A stretch of 64,000 bases of DNA from Chloroflexota bacterium (GCA_010092885.1 JAADYX010000098.1:2051-66050), one strand, 5' to 3'. Positions 35,594-45,594 are shown, numbered from the stretch's first letter. Notes: a model not told the origin generated them from the letters alone. Numbers and translations are program-made.

Positions 35594-35607
35594 GGGGTTT
35601 TGCCTCC

Positions 35608-38397
35608 TTATACCTTCAAAATACCCCGGCGAATGAGCAGTTTCTCAAGTTCAACGAGCCAGAAGATGATCGTGCTGAATGCCAGGCTGATCAACAGATC
35701 GCTGAGCGAAAGGGCTGTTGTCTCAAAGAAGTTCTGCGCAAACGGCAGGTAGACAACACCCATCTGCAGCAGCAGTGTCACTCCAATTGCGATCAGCAAG
35801 GGTTTGTTGGTAAACAGGCCGATAGAAAACAGGGACTCCCTATCTGACCGAACCGCGAGCGCATGCCCCAATTGGGAGAGCGTGAGTGTGGTGAAGACCA
35901 TTGTCCGCCACACATCCGTGTTCGGATCGCGATTGAAAGCCCAAAGTCCGATCCCCAACGAGATCAGGCCCAATGCCAACCCAAAAATGAGGATATGCCG
36001 CCCCATGCCCCGTGCGAAGATGTTCTCATCCGGATCATAAGGGCGGCGCTTCATGACGTTGCGCTCCGGCTGTTCAAGGCCCAGAGCCAGCCCAGGCACA
36101 CCATCCGTGACAAGGTTCATCCACAGGATCTGGATGGTTGTCAGGGGCAGCGGCAGACCGATCAGCTGGGTCAGAACCATGACGCTGATCTCACCGGTAT
36201 TGCTGGTGAGGATGTACTTAATGAACTTCCGGACGTTGTCATAGATGGTGCGCCCTTCCTCGACGGCACCCACAATCGTGGAAAAATTGTCGTCAAGCAG
36301 GACCATATCGGCTGCCTCTTTCGAGACATCGGTACCGGTAATGCCCATCGCCACACCGATATCACCCTTACGCAGTGCAGGCGCGTCGTTCACGCCGTCA
36401 CCCGTCATCGCCACGATATGCCCTCGGTCTTGCAGGGCCTTGACGATGCTCAGCTTATGCTCCGGTGAGACACGCGCGTAGACCGACACCTCCTCGACAG
36501 CTTCCCTGAGCTGAGCCTCATTCATCCCGACGAGGTCATGGCCTGTCAGCGTACGGGGTGTTTCGATGCCGAGCTCTGCCGCGATGCTCTGCGCTGTCAA
36601 TGGGTGATCGCCGGTGATCATAATGGGCCGAATGCCAGCCGAGCGGGTGGTTTCCACAGCGCCCTTAACCTCCACCCGCGGCGGATCGATCATGCCGATC
36701 ATGCCAACAAATATCAGATCGTCCTCGACATGGTCACCGCCGCTGTTCTGAGGCACGGTATCATCCAGCAGGCGAAAGGCCACACCCAACACGCGCAGGC
36801 CCTCGCGGGCAAGCTCCGCGTTGGCTTCCTCTACGCGTGTTCGGTAGTGCTCGTCGAGCGGCTTGATCTCACCGGCCACCCATACCCGGTCGCTGATCTC
36901 AACCAGACTGTCCACTGCGCCTTTTGTGAAGGCCACATATGGAGCCTGGTCGGCCCCCATTAAGTTGGCGGCCTTGCGAATAATGTCGTCCACTTCGCCC
37001 GGGATGTCTTCATGCGCCACCTGATGGATAGTGGTCATTCGCTTGCGCTCGGATGAGAACGGCACTTCTGCTGTACGTGGGAAAGAGTCGTCGAGCGTGG
37101 ATTTCCACATCCCGAAACGGGCTGCGGCCACCAATAATGCGCCCTCCGTCGGGTCACCCATCGCATACAGGTCTGTGGGAACATCGGCCTTTTGCCGGAG
37201 GATAGCATCATTCGCCAGCGCGCCGCCCGCTAAAAGCAGTGTCTTAGAGGGATCAGCGACAACGCCGTCATCAAGGGTGTCAGCGTGTTCAAGCGTGGCC
37301 AGCATCAGGCGTCCCTCACGTACCACTTCGATTACATCCACCGTCTCCCCGGCTACATCCAGCACTTTGACCGTCATCTTGTTCTCAGTGAGGGTGCCCG
37401 TCTTATCTGAGCAGATCACCGTCACCGAACCGAGTGTTTCCACAGCAGGCAGCTTGCGGATCAGGGCGTTGCGCTTGAGCATGCGCTGCGCCCCCAATGC
37501 CAGCGAGATCGTCACGACGGCCGGCAGTCCTTCGGGGACGGCAGCCACGGCCAAAGCGACAGCCGTCAGGAACATCTCCTGGGCATTTTCGCCGCGCAGC
37601 AGTCCCAGGATAAACACCACAGCCACTAATACCAGAGCCGCAATTGCGAGCGTCCGCCCTAATTCGCCCATGCGCCGCTGCAACGGAGTTGGGTCACTCT
37701 CGACAGCCTGGATCATCCGAGCAATGCGGCCCAACTCAGTCTGCATGCCCGTCGCGACAACCATTGCCTCACCGCGACCATAGGTCACCGAGGTGCCCCG
37801 GTACACCATGTTCACCCTGTCCCCGATGGGCACATGGTCAGCCGAGTGCAAGATTTCGTCGTTTTTGTCAATCGCTTCAGATTCGCCCGTGAGCGCTGCC
37901 TCCTGTACGCGAAGATTGGCCGCCTCAACGATTCGGCAGTCAGCAGGAATAATGGCGCCTGCTTCCAGTAAAACAATGTCGCCCGGAACCAGCTCTCCGG
38001 ACGGTATATCCTTTATGTCGCCGCCTCGCCTTACCCGTACGAGAGGCGCTGCCATCTTCTTGAGGGCGGCCATGGCCTGCTCAGCCCTATATTCCTGCAC
38101 AAAGCCCAGAGTGGCATTGAGCACGACAATCGCCATAATGATCGCGCCGTCGGTGGGGCCTTTCACCAACGCCGATACAACTGCCGCTGCGATCAGGATC
38201 AGGACCATAACATCGGTCAGCTGTTCCCATATGATCACCAGGGGGCTTCTCGATCCGGTTTCGACTAGTTCATTGGGGCCGTACTCGCGCAGCCGCCTGG
38301 CTGCCTCGTCCTTGGTCAAGCCCTGCTTTGGATCGACTCCTAGTTTTTCAGCAGCTTCCTGTGTGGTGAGAAAGTGCCAGGTTTCTTCCATGGCCAT
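35608..38397 (-). CDS. P-type ATPase, P2 (Ca2+/cation-transporting, SERCA/PMCA-like)
   Basis: Motifs: LTGESEA, PEGLPAV, CSDKTGTLT, MITGD and GDGVNDAPAL. I prefer the ATG at 38397 (MAMEETW), which follows aaaggga, over the TTG at 38424. Confidence 0.93.
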   Translation of the reverse strand: MAMEETWHFLTTQEAAEKLGVDPKQGLTKDEAARRLREYGPNELVETGSRSPLVIIWEQLTDVMVLILIAAAVVSALVKGPTDGAIIMAIVVLNATLGFVQEYRAEQAMAALKKMAAPLVRVRRGGDIKDIPSGELVPGDIVLLEAGAIIPADCRIVEAANLRVQEAALTGESEAIDKNDEILHSADHVPIGDRVNMVYRGTSVTYGRGEAMVVATGMQTELGRIARMIQAVESDPTPLQRRMGELGRTLAIAALVLVAVVFILGLLRGENAQEMFLTAVALAVAAVPEGLPAVVTISLALGAQRMLKRNALIRKLPAVETLGSVTVICSDKTGTLTENKMTVKVLDVAGETVDVIEVVREGRLMLATLEHADTLDDGVVADPSKTLLLAGGALANDAILRQKADVPTDLYAMGDPTEGALLVAAARFGMWKSTLDDSFPRTAEVPFSSERKRMTTIHQVAHEDIPGEVDDIIRKAANLMGADQAPYVAFTKGAVDSLVEISDRVWVAGEIKPLDEHYRTRVEEANAELAREGLRVLGVAFRLLDDTVPQNSGGDHVEDDLIFVGMIGMIDPPRVEVKGAVETTRSAGIRPIMITGDHPLTAQSIAAELGIETPRTLTGHDLVGMNEAQLREAVEEVSVYARVSPEHKLSIVKALQDRGHIVAMTGDGVNDAPALRKGDIGVAMGITGTDVSKEAADMVLLDDNFSTIVGAVEEGRTIYDNVRKFIKYILTSNTGEISVMVLTQLIGLPLPLTTIQILWMNLVTDGVPGLALGLEQPERNVMKRRPYDPDENIFARGMGRHILIFGLALGLISLGIGLWAFNRDPNTDVWRTMVFTTLTLSQLGHALAVRSDRESLFSIGLFTNKPLLIAIGVTLLLQMGVVYLPFAQNFFETTALSLSDLLISLAFSTIIFWLVELEKLLIRRGILKV

Positions 38398-38473
38398 AGT
38401 ATTTATTCCCTTTGGGCGCGGCAAAAGGCCAGCAATGCCCGGCCCTTAAAAGATGATATATATCTTGTTTATA

Positions 38474-38502
38474 AACTATACTAGCCAGCGTCACCCATTT
38501 CA
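38474..38502 (-). promoter_or_regulatory. Sigma-70-type promoter for the P-type ATPase / yugP / mrp transcription unit
   Basis: The minus strand reads TTGAAA, a 17 nt spacer, then TATAGT. It lies about 75 nt upstream of the ATG at 38397, in the AT-richest spacer of the cluster. Confidence 0.5.
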
Positions 38503-38537
38503 ACATAGGACAGACGCTTCTATCTGATTCTAATTGT

Positions 38538-39410
38538 CTAGGGCCACCGGATTCCACGGCCTGACGACTGCACCACCAACACGGGCCGGCGCGTTTGTGT
38601 CAGGATGCGGCCCGTGATGTCGTCCTGCAGGAGTTCCCGCAGCTCGTTCCAGGCTGTATCTGATGGGACTTCATGTGCACCGATCACAACAAGATCGTAG
38701 TCATCCTCGCGTGCCTCGGCAATAATCTCATCGACTACCAGTCCGTTTCTGACCTTTGCACGGTATTTCTCGTCGGGCAGTCCACACTCATGCAGGATGC
38801 CCAACACACGCCGCAGATGGGTGCCCTCACGCGTTTGGTGTTCCATCAACTCCGCAGCATCTCGGGTCAAGTCGGCCACATACGCCGCCGCGATCAACGG
38901 CAGCTGTGACATCACATGCAGCACGGTCACAGAGGCCCCAACTCGGGCCGCCAGTGTGCCCCCAGTCCACACATCGACCTCACCATGCCTACCACCACTC
39001 GTACAAATGAGCACACGCTCAAGGCGGTCTCGCGGCTGCGGCACAACCAGCAGCGGTACATCAAGTGTGCGTGTGAGCTGGCGTACGATCAACTGTGACC
39101 GCGCCCGGCGGAACCGCCGGTTCCGGTAGGTGCCGACCACCACAAGCTGGTATTTTTCAACCTTATGCTCCTCCATGATCGTCTCGACCGCATCCCCAGA
39201 CCGGATCAGCGTGCGCACTGACACAAGCGGCAGACCGTTGAACAACGGAAGCAGCTCATCGATCTGCTTCTCAAGCCGGTGCTGCTGTTCAGTTCGCTGA
39301 CAGATGCCCATGATGGTGATCTCGCCCTGTACTGCTTCGGCGAAGTGCAGCGTGAATCGGATCGCACGCTCGATCACATCGGCCTGGCTGTTTGCGATCA
39401 GGATTTTCAT
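38538..39410 (-). CDS. Universal stress protein, tandem UspA domains
   Basis: About 290 aa with two Usp-like halves (ILIANS...VVGTY; VLICTSGGRHG...VVIGAHE...PVLVV). The ATG at 39410 follows aggggg. Confidence 0.8.
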   Translation of the reverse strand: MKILIANSQADVIERAIRFTLHFAEAVQGEITIMGICQRTEQQHRLEKQIDELLPLFNGLPLVSVRTLIRSGDAVETIMEEHKVEKYQLVVVGTYRNRRFRRARSQLIVRQLTRTLDVPLLVVPQPRDRLERVLICTSGGRHGEVDVWTGGTLAARVGASVTVLHVMSQLPLIAAAYVADLTRDAAELMEHQTREGTHLRRVLGILHECGLPDEKYRAKVRNGLVVDEIIAEAREDDYDLVVIGAHEVPSDTAWNELRELLQDDITGRILTQTRRPVLVVQSSGRGIRWP

Positions 39411-39418
39411 CAAACCCC

Positions 39419-40507
39419 CTAAAAGATGACGATCAGGCCAACTGGTATGAGGACCATCGAAACGAAAAACACAATGAGACGCAGTCTGCTTTTCTCCAGC
39501 CAGAGCACGATTCGCAGCACAGCACGTTCATAAGCCCCAAAAAAGAGCAGGATGATCACGGCTGAGACCAGCATGACTGTCAGCATCTGGACAATGACGA
39601 CACTTGCTGCCGCCGGGTTGCCGATCAGCACACCCGCTATGAGTGTATCGATGAATGTCGACACATTGCAGCCCATAATGTAAGAGATGAGGTTTTCGCG
39701 GCGGATATAGCCCCGCACAGAAAGCGGTACCAGCAGCCCCAAGGAGACCGATACGCTCATTGTGACCAGCGTAAGGGTGAAGCCCAGGAAGAAGACCACC
39801 AACGGACGATACAGCAGCCGGTTGATCCCGCTGAAAACGCTGTCTTCCAGGTTGAGCTCCGGCAGTGCCTGGTCGAACAGATTCAAACTCGTAATGATCA
39901 AACCGAGCCCAACGAGAAATAGTGCCCATTCCGGTAGAAACTGCTCGGCAAACTCGACAGGCAGCCCCAGAACCATTACCAGCATGGACTCGCCAGCAGC
40001 CCCGTTCATCTCAGGAGTGAAGATGGGTAGATCCATGCCGATCAGCCACAGGCCCATCGGCAGCGCGAACAGGTAAACTGACGCCGTGACGACCAACGCC
40101 AGCAGCCCGGTTATCAGGCTGGTACCGCGTTCATGCCCACGCAGAATGTAGATAAACCCGATGATCAGTACGACTGATGAGGCCCCAAGCCGGGAGCCGG
40201 AGATCATCGCGAAGGCGCTTGCGGCATTAATGGTTGACTCGTTGAGGAAGGTGAGGGCACTCGCGGCCACCGGCGATCCACCCAACACCAGATAAGAAGC
40301 CAGCCATCCGAACCCGAGGCTGTTGATCGGGTTGTCGACCTTCAACCACTCGGTGAGGATTGGGCTGAGGGCGCCAGCACCTGTCTTCATGAACTCCAGT
40401 GCAATCACGAAGAGGAGCAGACTGCCAGCGAATATGCCCAGCTTGCGCCAGTTCAGGCGCCGCCGAACCTTGCCCAGGAATACTCTTGCTCGGAACAGGA
40501 AACTCAA
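39419..40507 (-). CDS. Polytopic membrane transporter, distantly Na+/phosphate-cotransporter (PNaS)-like
   Basis: 362 aa with an apparent TTG start. GSPVAASALTFLNESTINAASAFAMISGSRLGASSVV resembles the QSSSA...GANIGTT repeat of PNaS. Weak call. Confidence 0.45.
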   Translation of the reverse strand: MSFLFRARVFLGKVRRRLNWRKLGIFAGSLLLFVIALEFMKTGAGALSPILTEWLKVDNPINSLGFGWLASYLVLGGSPVAASALTFLNESTINAASAFAMISGSRLGASSVVLIIGFIYILRGHERGTSLITGLLALVVTASVYLFALPMGLWLIGMDLPIFTPEMNGAAGESMLVMVLGLPVEFAEQFLPEWALFLVGLGLIITSLNLFDQALPELNLEDSVFSGINRLLYRPLVVFFLGFTLTLVTMSVSVSLGLLVPLSVRGYIRRENLISYIMGCNVSTFIDTLIAGVLIGNPAAASVVIVQMLTVMLVSAVIILLFFGAYERAVLRIVLWLEKSRLRLIVFFVSMVLIPVGLIVIF

Positions 40508-40576
40508 GGCTTGCTCATCTGCCGGTCAGCGGATCGAATGGGGTGAATACTGCCGCAAACCTGATCACACGTCAAG

Positions 40577-41971
40577 CTAACGATAGGTATCCAACAGCGC
40601 ATTGGCGGAGATGGTCAGCCGCATCAGCGTTTCCTGTGGGTCCGCTCCGGCAATGATGGACTCAACAGAGGTGGATATCAGCAGGCGAATATCGTTGTAG
40701 CCTGGCACGGCCGGTTCGCTCAGGCCGGAATCCAGGAGTTCAGTGACTGCGTTGAGCTCACCTTCGGCCGCTTTGTGCACCGGATAGTAGCCGCTGGCCG
40801 CAGACCACTGAGCCTGCTGGGCGGGCTCCCCCAAATATCTGATGAACAGCCATGCTGCTACTTCACGTTCCGGCGTGGGGGCCGTGACGGTCAGGCTGGG
40901 GCCGTACACATTCAGCACAGGATTCCCGGTGATGTGTGGCAGCGGAAATTGGGCCCACGTATGTGCCGCCCCGTTCCTCACGGCGCGCTCGTAGAACTGC
41001 CCACCGAAGCTTGTCCCGGTGGTGGCAAGCGTTGTCCCCGCGCCGAACCGGTCCTGGTCACCAAACCGGCTCAAGACCGGACCGGCACATCCGTCCCTGA
41101 CTAAATCTCGGAGAAAGGTCGCTGCCTCAATCGCTTCTGGTGCATCAAACGTGAACTGTTCTCCATCAAAGATGGTGCCGCCGAAGGCGAATACCCACGC
41201 GGCAAACGTTGAGGCATTTGTGTTCACCTGGTAACCGAGTGGCTCCTGTGCTGAAATCGCCCCGCTGAAGGGCTGCTGTGCAGCGGCACAAGCCATCTCC
41301 CGGAACTGGTCTGTTGTCTGCGGTGGGCCGGCAAAAGTGATCAGGTTGGTTTCCCACAGTTCAGCCAACCAATCGAGATTGACCATCATCACTTCCGCTG
41401 AGCGCCCAGCAGGGAAACCCAGGCGCACCCCACCCAGAAACTCTGAGACATCTGTGTTCAGCAGTCCGGCGTAGTATGCATCGCGTTCTATACCCCATGT
41501 GGGGCTGCGCAGCAATGGCTCAATATCTGTGGCCCCATCAAGCAGATACAGGTCGGCGCCTGAATAGCTGAGGATGATATCTGGTACCTCCCCGCCACCC
41601 AACGCCGAGCGGTAGGCGGCGTCGATATCATCCGTGCCCCCCATGAAGCGCCCAACTACCATGACCCCATAGGGGTTTTCCTCATTGAATGCCTCGATAA
41701 TCGCATCCATGGCATCCTGGTTTTCGTAGAGGAAGTTGTGCCAGAAGGTCACTGTTTGACCCGCTGGATCCACCTCCCCATAGGGATCAGGGATGGGTGT
41801 CGCCGTTGGAGTTGGAACAGCTGTGGCTGTTGGCGGGTTGGGCGTTGGAGAGGGTTGTGGGGTTGAGGTACTTGTGGGAGCAGGCGTGGCACTCGGCGAT
41901 GGGAGCGTTGCATCCACCGTGGAACAGGCAGCGAGCAGAATTACCGTCATCAGGAAGAGGAGTCGTCGCAC
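40577..41971 (-). CDS. ABC transporter extracellular solute-binding lipoprotein (family 1, sugar-type), with no cognate permease adjacent
   Basis: 464 aa with a GTG start. The signal and lipobox read MRRLLFLMTVILLAACS, followed by a long Pro/Thr/Ser tether and then an SBP_bac_1-like body. Confidence 0.75.
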   Translation of the reverse strand: MRRLLFLMTVILLAACSTVDATLPSPSATPAPTSTSTPQPSPTPNPPTATAVPTPTATPIPDPYGEVDPAGQTVTFWHNFLYENQDAMDAIIEAFNEENPYGVMVVGRFMGGTDDIDAAYRSALGGGEVPDIILSYSGADLYLLDGATDIEPLLRSPTWGIERDAYYAGLLNTDVSEFLGGVRLGFPAGRSAEVMMVNLDWLAELWETNLITFAGPPQTTDQFREMACAAAQQPFSGAISAQEPLGYQVNTNASTFAAWVFAFGGTIFDGEQFTFDAPEAIEAATFLRDLVRDGCAGPVLSRFGDQDRFGAGTTLATTGTSFGGQFYERAVRNGAAHTWAQFPLPHITGNPVLNVYGPSLTVTAPTPEREVAAWLFIRYLGEPAQQAQWSAASGYYPVHKAAEGELNAVTELLDSGLSEPAVPGYNDIRLLISTSVESIIAGADPQETLMRLTISANALLDTYR

Positions 41972-41996
41972 AGCAGGTCCCCCTTATGCATGAGTC

Positions 41997-43286
41997 ATGC
42001 ATTATGATACGCCAAAATCGCTCATCTGGAAAAGCATGGCTATAATGGCGGCCAGTATGGAAAGCCTTCGCGATTTTGCTCGACAAGCTCGCCGGGGCCT
42101 CGCGGCCTTCTGGCTCAATACGATCCACGCCCGTACCGTGCAGATCGGTATTACGGGCAGCTACGGCAAGACATCCACCACGCATGCGATAGCGGCGGTG
42201 CTGGCAGCCCATGCGCCCACGCTGACTACGGATGTCAATCTGGATACTATCTACAACATCCCGATTACCGCCCTGCGGCTGCGCAACCATCGTTATGCTG
42301 TCTTTGAAGCAGGCATTGACCGCCCCAACGAGATGAGCTTTCATCTGGAGATCGTCCAACCCGACATCAGTGTGATCACGGGCATCGCGCCCGTACATGC
42401 CGATGCCGATCATCTTGGTTCCGTAGAGAACATTATCCGTGAGAAGCGCAAACTCATCGAAGCCCTTCAACCTGGCCAGCGCGCGATTCTGCACATCGAT
42501 GATCCCAACGTGCGTGATATGACCTCCTACACACAGGGCGACGTTATTGGTTACGGTCAGAGCCCGAAAGCTGATTTTCGCGCCGAATCCATAACGGTTC
42601 GCCCAACCGGACTGGCCTTTACAGCGGTCACACCGGATAGCACATTCCCCATACAGACCCCGCTGTTAGGCCGGCACAACGCTACGAACATCATGGCAGC
42701 AGTTGCTATCGGGTGTTCGCTCGGCGTTCCGGTAGAAACGATGCAGGCTGCCCTTGCCGATCTTGAACCCCTGCGTGGGCGCCTTAACATTGAACCTGGG
42801 CCGCTTGGGACCACCCTGATCAACGATGCTCTGCGCGCCAATACAGCATCCACCCGTGCGGGTCTGACTTTTCTGGACGATCTGACAATCGAAGGTCGGC
42901 GGATCGCCGTATTGGGTGAAATGGGCGAAATCGGCGAGACAGCCGTGGAGGAACATGCCGCGATAGGTGAGCACATCGCAGGGTTGGATATTGACCTCAC
43001 TGTGTGTGTGGGTGGCCTGACGCGGCATATCGTTGAAGGGGCGGTTGCCAGGGGTCTGCCCACAGATCGCATCCAGTTTGTTTCTGATGTGCATCAGGCG
43101 GCAGAAGCAGTTGCGAACTACGCCCGCGCCGGTGATATCCTTTATCTAAAGGGATCGCTGCTGCGCCACCTTGAGCGTGTCAGATTGATCTTGGAAGGTT
43201 GGGAGGTTGGGTGCACCGTTGAGTCGTGCCCCTTCTACCACCAGTGTACAGCCTGCGAGTACCGTATACCGGGATATATACCATGA
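41997..43286 (+). CDS. murF: Mur ligase, MurF-like (UDP-MurNAc-tripeptide--D-Ala-D-Ala ligase family), lacking the N-terminal domain
   Basis: 429 aa. Motifs: GITGSYGKTSTT, FEAGIDRPNEM, ITGIAPVHADADHLGS, GRHNATN and INDALRAN. The start among several ATGs (41997-42057) is uncertain. Confidence 0.75.
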   Translation: MHYDTPKSLIWKSMAIMAASMESLRDFARQARRGLAAFWLNTIHARTVQIGITGSYGKTSTTHAIAAVLAAHAPTLTTDVNLDTIYNIPITALRLRNHRYAVFEAGIDRPNEMSFHLEIVQPDISVITGIAPVHADADHLGSVENIIREKRKLIEALQPGQRAILHIDDPNVRDMTSYTQGDVIGYGQSPKADFRAESITVRPTGLAFTAVTPDSTFPIQTPLLGRHNATNIMAAVAIGCSLGVPVETMQAALADLEPLRGRLNIEPGPLGTTLINDALRANTASTRAGLTFLDDLTIEGRRIAVLGEMGEIGETAVEEHAAIGEHIAGLDIDLTVCVGGLTRHIVEGAVARGLPTDRIQFVSDVHQAAEAVANYARAGDILYLKGSLLRHLERVRLILEGWEVGCTVESCPFYHQCTACEYRIPGYIP

Positions 43287-44572
43287 TCCGCACCCTGAAA
43301 AAGATCGTGCCCCGCCCGCTGATCAAGCTCTACCATCTGGTAGCGGCTGTGCTCGCCCTGATCCACTATCGCAACCCATCACGCGATATGGTTGTGATCG
43401 GCATCACGGGCACGGATGGCAAAACGACGACTTCTTACATGGTTTATGAGATCCTCAAGGCGGCAGGCAAGGCCGTATCTCTGGTGACCTCTGTCGGTGT
43501 GATCTACCATGGGCGTGAAGGGACTGAGGCCACCGGTCTGCATGCTACCACTCCCGCTCCCTTTGAGATCCAGGGTATTCTGGCAGAGGCTAAAGCCAGC
43601 GGCACCGAGTTCATGGTACTGGAGACAACCTCCCACGGCCTTGACCAGTTTCGTGTCTTTGGTATTGACTATACCATTGGCGCTGTGACCAACATCACGC
43701 ACGAGCACCTCGACTATCATCGCACCTGGGATGCCTATATGCGGGCCAAGGCCAAGCTGCTGCGCGGAGTGGAGGCCAGCATCATCAACCGGGACGATGA
43801 GTCTTTCGAACCACTGCGCCAGCGGGCTGAAGGTGAACTGATCACCTATGGAGTTCAGCATCCTGCGGAGCTGACCGCGTCCAGCATTCAGCTTTCACCG
43901 CAGGGGATTACGTTTGAGGTGTCTGGCATGTCCAAGCCGGTCACCATGCAGCTGCTTGGCGAATACAATGTCTATAATGCGCTGGCAGCCATCGCCATTG
44001 CACAGCATCTGCGCATACCGGACGAGGCGATCTATGCCGGGTTGGGCGCACTGCAACCGCCGCCCGGGCGTCTTGAAAGGGTTGACATGGGCCAGGACTT
44101 CACTGTCTTCGTGGACTTTGCCCATACGTCAAACAGCCTCGATACCATGCTGCGCGAACTCAGCCGTGTCAAAGGGGATGGCCGGGTTATTGTCGTGTTC
44201 GGCTGTGCGGGTGAACGTGACCCCTTCAAGCGCTTCCCGATGGGTGCTTCTGCCGGACGCTATGCCGATTTGACCGTCATAACCGCCGAAGACCCCCGCT
44301 CTGAGGACCTGAATACCATCATGGAGCAGATCGCGGAAGGGGTAGAGTCGGAGGGTGGGGTACGTGATGAGACGTACTTCCTCATTGGTGACCGGCGACA
44401 GGCAATCCATACTGCCATCTGCGAGCTGGCCCAGCCCGGCGATATCGTAGTCACAACCGGCAAGGCTCATGAGCAAAGCATGAACTACGACGGTCTTGTT
44501 GAAACTCCCTGGGACGAATTTGAGGCTGTGCGCAGCGCACTCCGAGCTCGGGCCACCCCAGTAGGAGGCTGA
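43283..44572 (+). CDS. murE: Mur ligase, MurE-like (UDP-MurNAc-L-Ala-D-Glu--diamino acid ligase family), short N-terminus
   Basis: The ATG at 43283 overlaps the upstream stop (ATGA). Motifs: GITGTDGKTTT, LETTSHGL, TNITHEHLDYH, DFAHTSNSL, VVFGCAGERD, AEDPRSED and TGKAHE. Confidence 0.8.
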   Translation: MIRTLKKIVPRPLIKLYHLVAAVLALIHYRNPSRDMVVIGITGTDGKTTTSYMVYEILKAAGKAVSLVTSVGVIYHGREGTEATGLHATTPAPFEIQGILAEAKASGTEFMVLETTSHGLDQFRVFGIDYTIGAVTNITHEHLDYHRTWDAYMRAKAKLLRGVEASIINRDDESFEPLRQRAEGELITYGVQHPAELTASSIQLSPQGITFEVSGMSKPVTMQLLGEYNVYNALAAIAIAQHLRIPDEAIYAGLGALQPPPGRLERVDMGQDFTVFVDFAHTSNSLDTMLRELSRVKGDGRVIVVFGCAGERDPFKRFPMGASAGRYADLTVITAEDPRSEDLNTIMEQIAEGVESEGGVRDETYFLIGDRRQAIHTAICELAQPGDIVVTTGKAHEQSMNYDGLVETPWDEFEAVRSALRARATPVGG

Positions 44573-44574
44573 CG

Positions 44575-45594
44575 ATGTCTTTCCAGCTGATGGTAGGGAC
44601 CATCACCTGTCTGCTCACGGTGATCTGGGGAGAGCCGTTCATTCGGGTGCTGCGTCTGTTGGGCCTCGGCAAGAACATTCGTGAGCGCGGCGCGGATGCG
44701 GTGGTTGACCGCCATCTGGAAAAGCAGGGCACACCGACGTTCGGCGGCTTGCTGTTTATCGTACCTGCTCTGGCAACCACCGTCATGATCAACGCGGTTA
44801 ATGTGTTGACCGGTCGTCCTGAAGGCCGCTCGATTCTGGTGCCACTGGCAGCGCTGGTGCTCTTTGGTCTGCTTGGCGCTGTTGACGATTGGGAGGGGAT
44901 CCACGGTCTGCGGGAAAAGGCAGAAGGCCTGAGCGAACGCGCCAAGTTTGCCATTCAGGTGGTGCTCGCTGCGGGGATTGCACTGGCGTTGTACTTCCCC
45001 TTGGGGATCAGTCTAGTGTCGATACCCATGGTCCCGGAGCGCATCGATCTGGGATTGGCCTTCATCCCGATAGCTGTGTTCATCATTCTGGGCACATCGA
45101 ACTCGGCGAACTTCACCGATGGTCTGGACGGTCTTGCCGGTAACGTATCGGTCGTGGCCTTCGGAGCCTACGGCGTGATCGCCTTTCTACAAGGGCAGAC
45201 GTGGCTCTCTGCCTTCTGTTTCATCATGGTCGGCAGCCTGCTGGGGTTTCTGTGGTTCAATGCCAAACCTGCGATGGTCTTCATGGGGGATACAGGCTCG
45301 CAGGCCCTCGGCGCAACGCTGGCGATTGTCGCGCTGATGAGCACAGAATGGCTGCTGCTGCCGGTCATTGCATCGGTCTTCGTGTTGGAAACCCTGTCCG
45401 TGATCATCCAACGGGCCGGGTTCCGCTATGGAGTGTGGCGCTATGGTGACAGGGAACGCGGACGTGTTTTCAAGATGGCACCCATTCACCATCACTTTGA
45501 GGCGCTGCAGTGGCATGAGGCGCAGATCGTCTACCGCTTCTTCTTCGTAAGCTTTCTGGGAGCCTTGCTCGGGATAGCACTCGCACTCTTATGA
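44575..45594 (+). CDS. mraY: Phospho-N-acetylmuramoyl-pentapeptide transferase
   Basis: 339 aa with RBS gtaggagg. Motifs: GTPTFGG, NFTDGLDGLA, VFMGDTGSQALG and APIHHHFE. Confidence 0.95.
   Translation: MSFQLMVGTITCLLTVIWGEPFIRVLRLLGLGKNIRERGADAVVDRHLEKQGTPTFGGLLFIVPALATTVMINAVNVLTGRPEGRSILVPLAALVLFGLLGAVDDWEGIHGLREKAEGLSERAKFAIQVVLAAGIALALYFPLGISLVSIPMVPERIDLGLAFIPIAVFIILGTSNSANFTDGLDGLAGNVSVVAFGAYGVIAFLQGQTWLSAFCFIMVGSLLGFLWFNAKPAMVFMGDTGSQALGATLAIVALMSTEWLLLPVIASVFVLETLSVIIQRAGFRYGVWRYGDRERGRVFKMAPIHHHFEALQWHEAQIVYRFFFVSFLGALLGIALALL

Noticed and set aside
41790-41900. C/A-rich quasi-repetitive DNA (also at 13290-13440 and 28800-28930), considered as a possible tandem repeat or degenerate CRISPR-like array
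   Set aside because: There is no fixed repeat unit or repeat-spacer periodicity. The tracts lie in frame within lipoprotein genes and encode Pro/Thr/Ala linkers.
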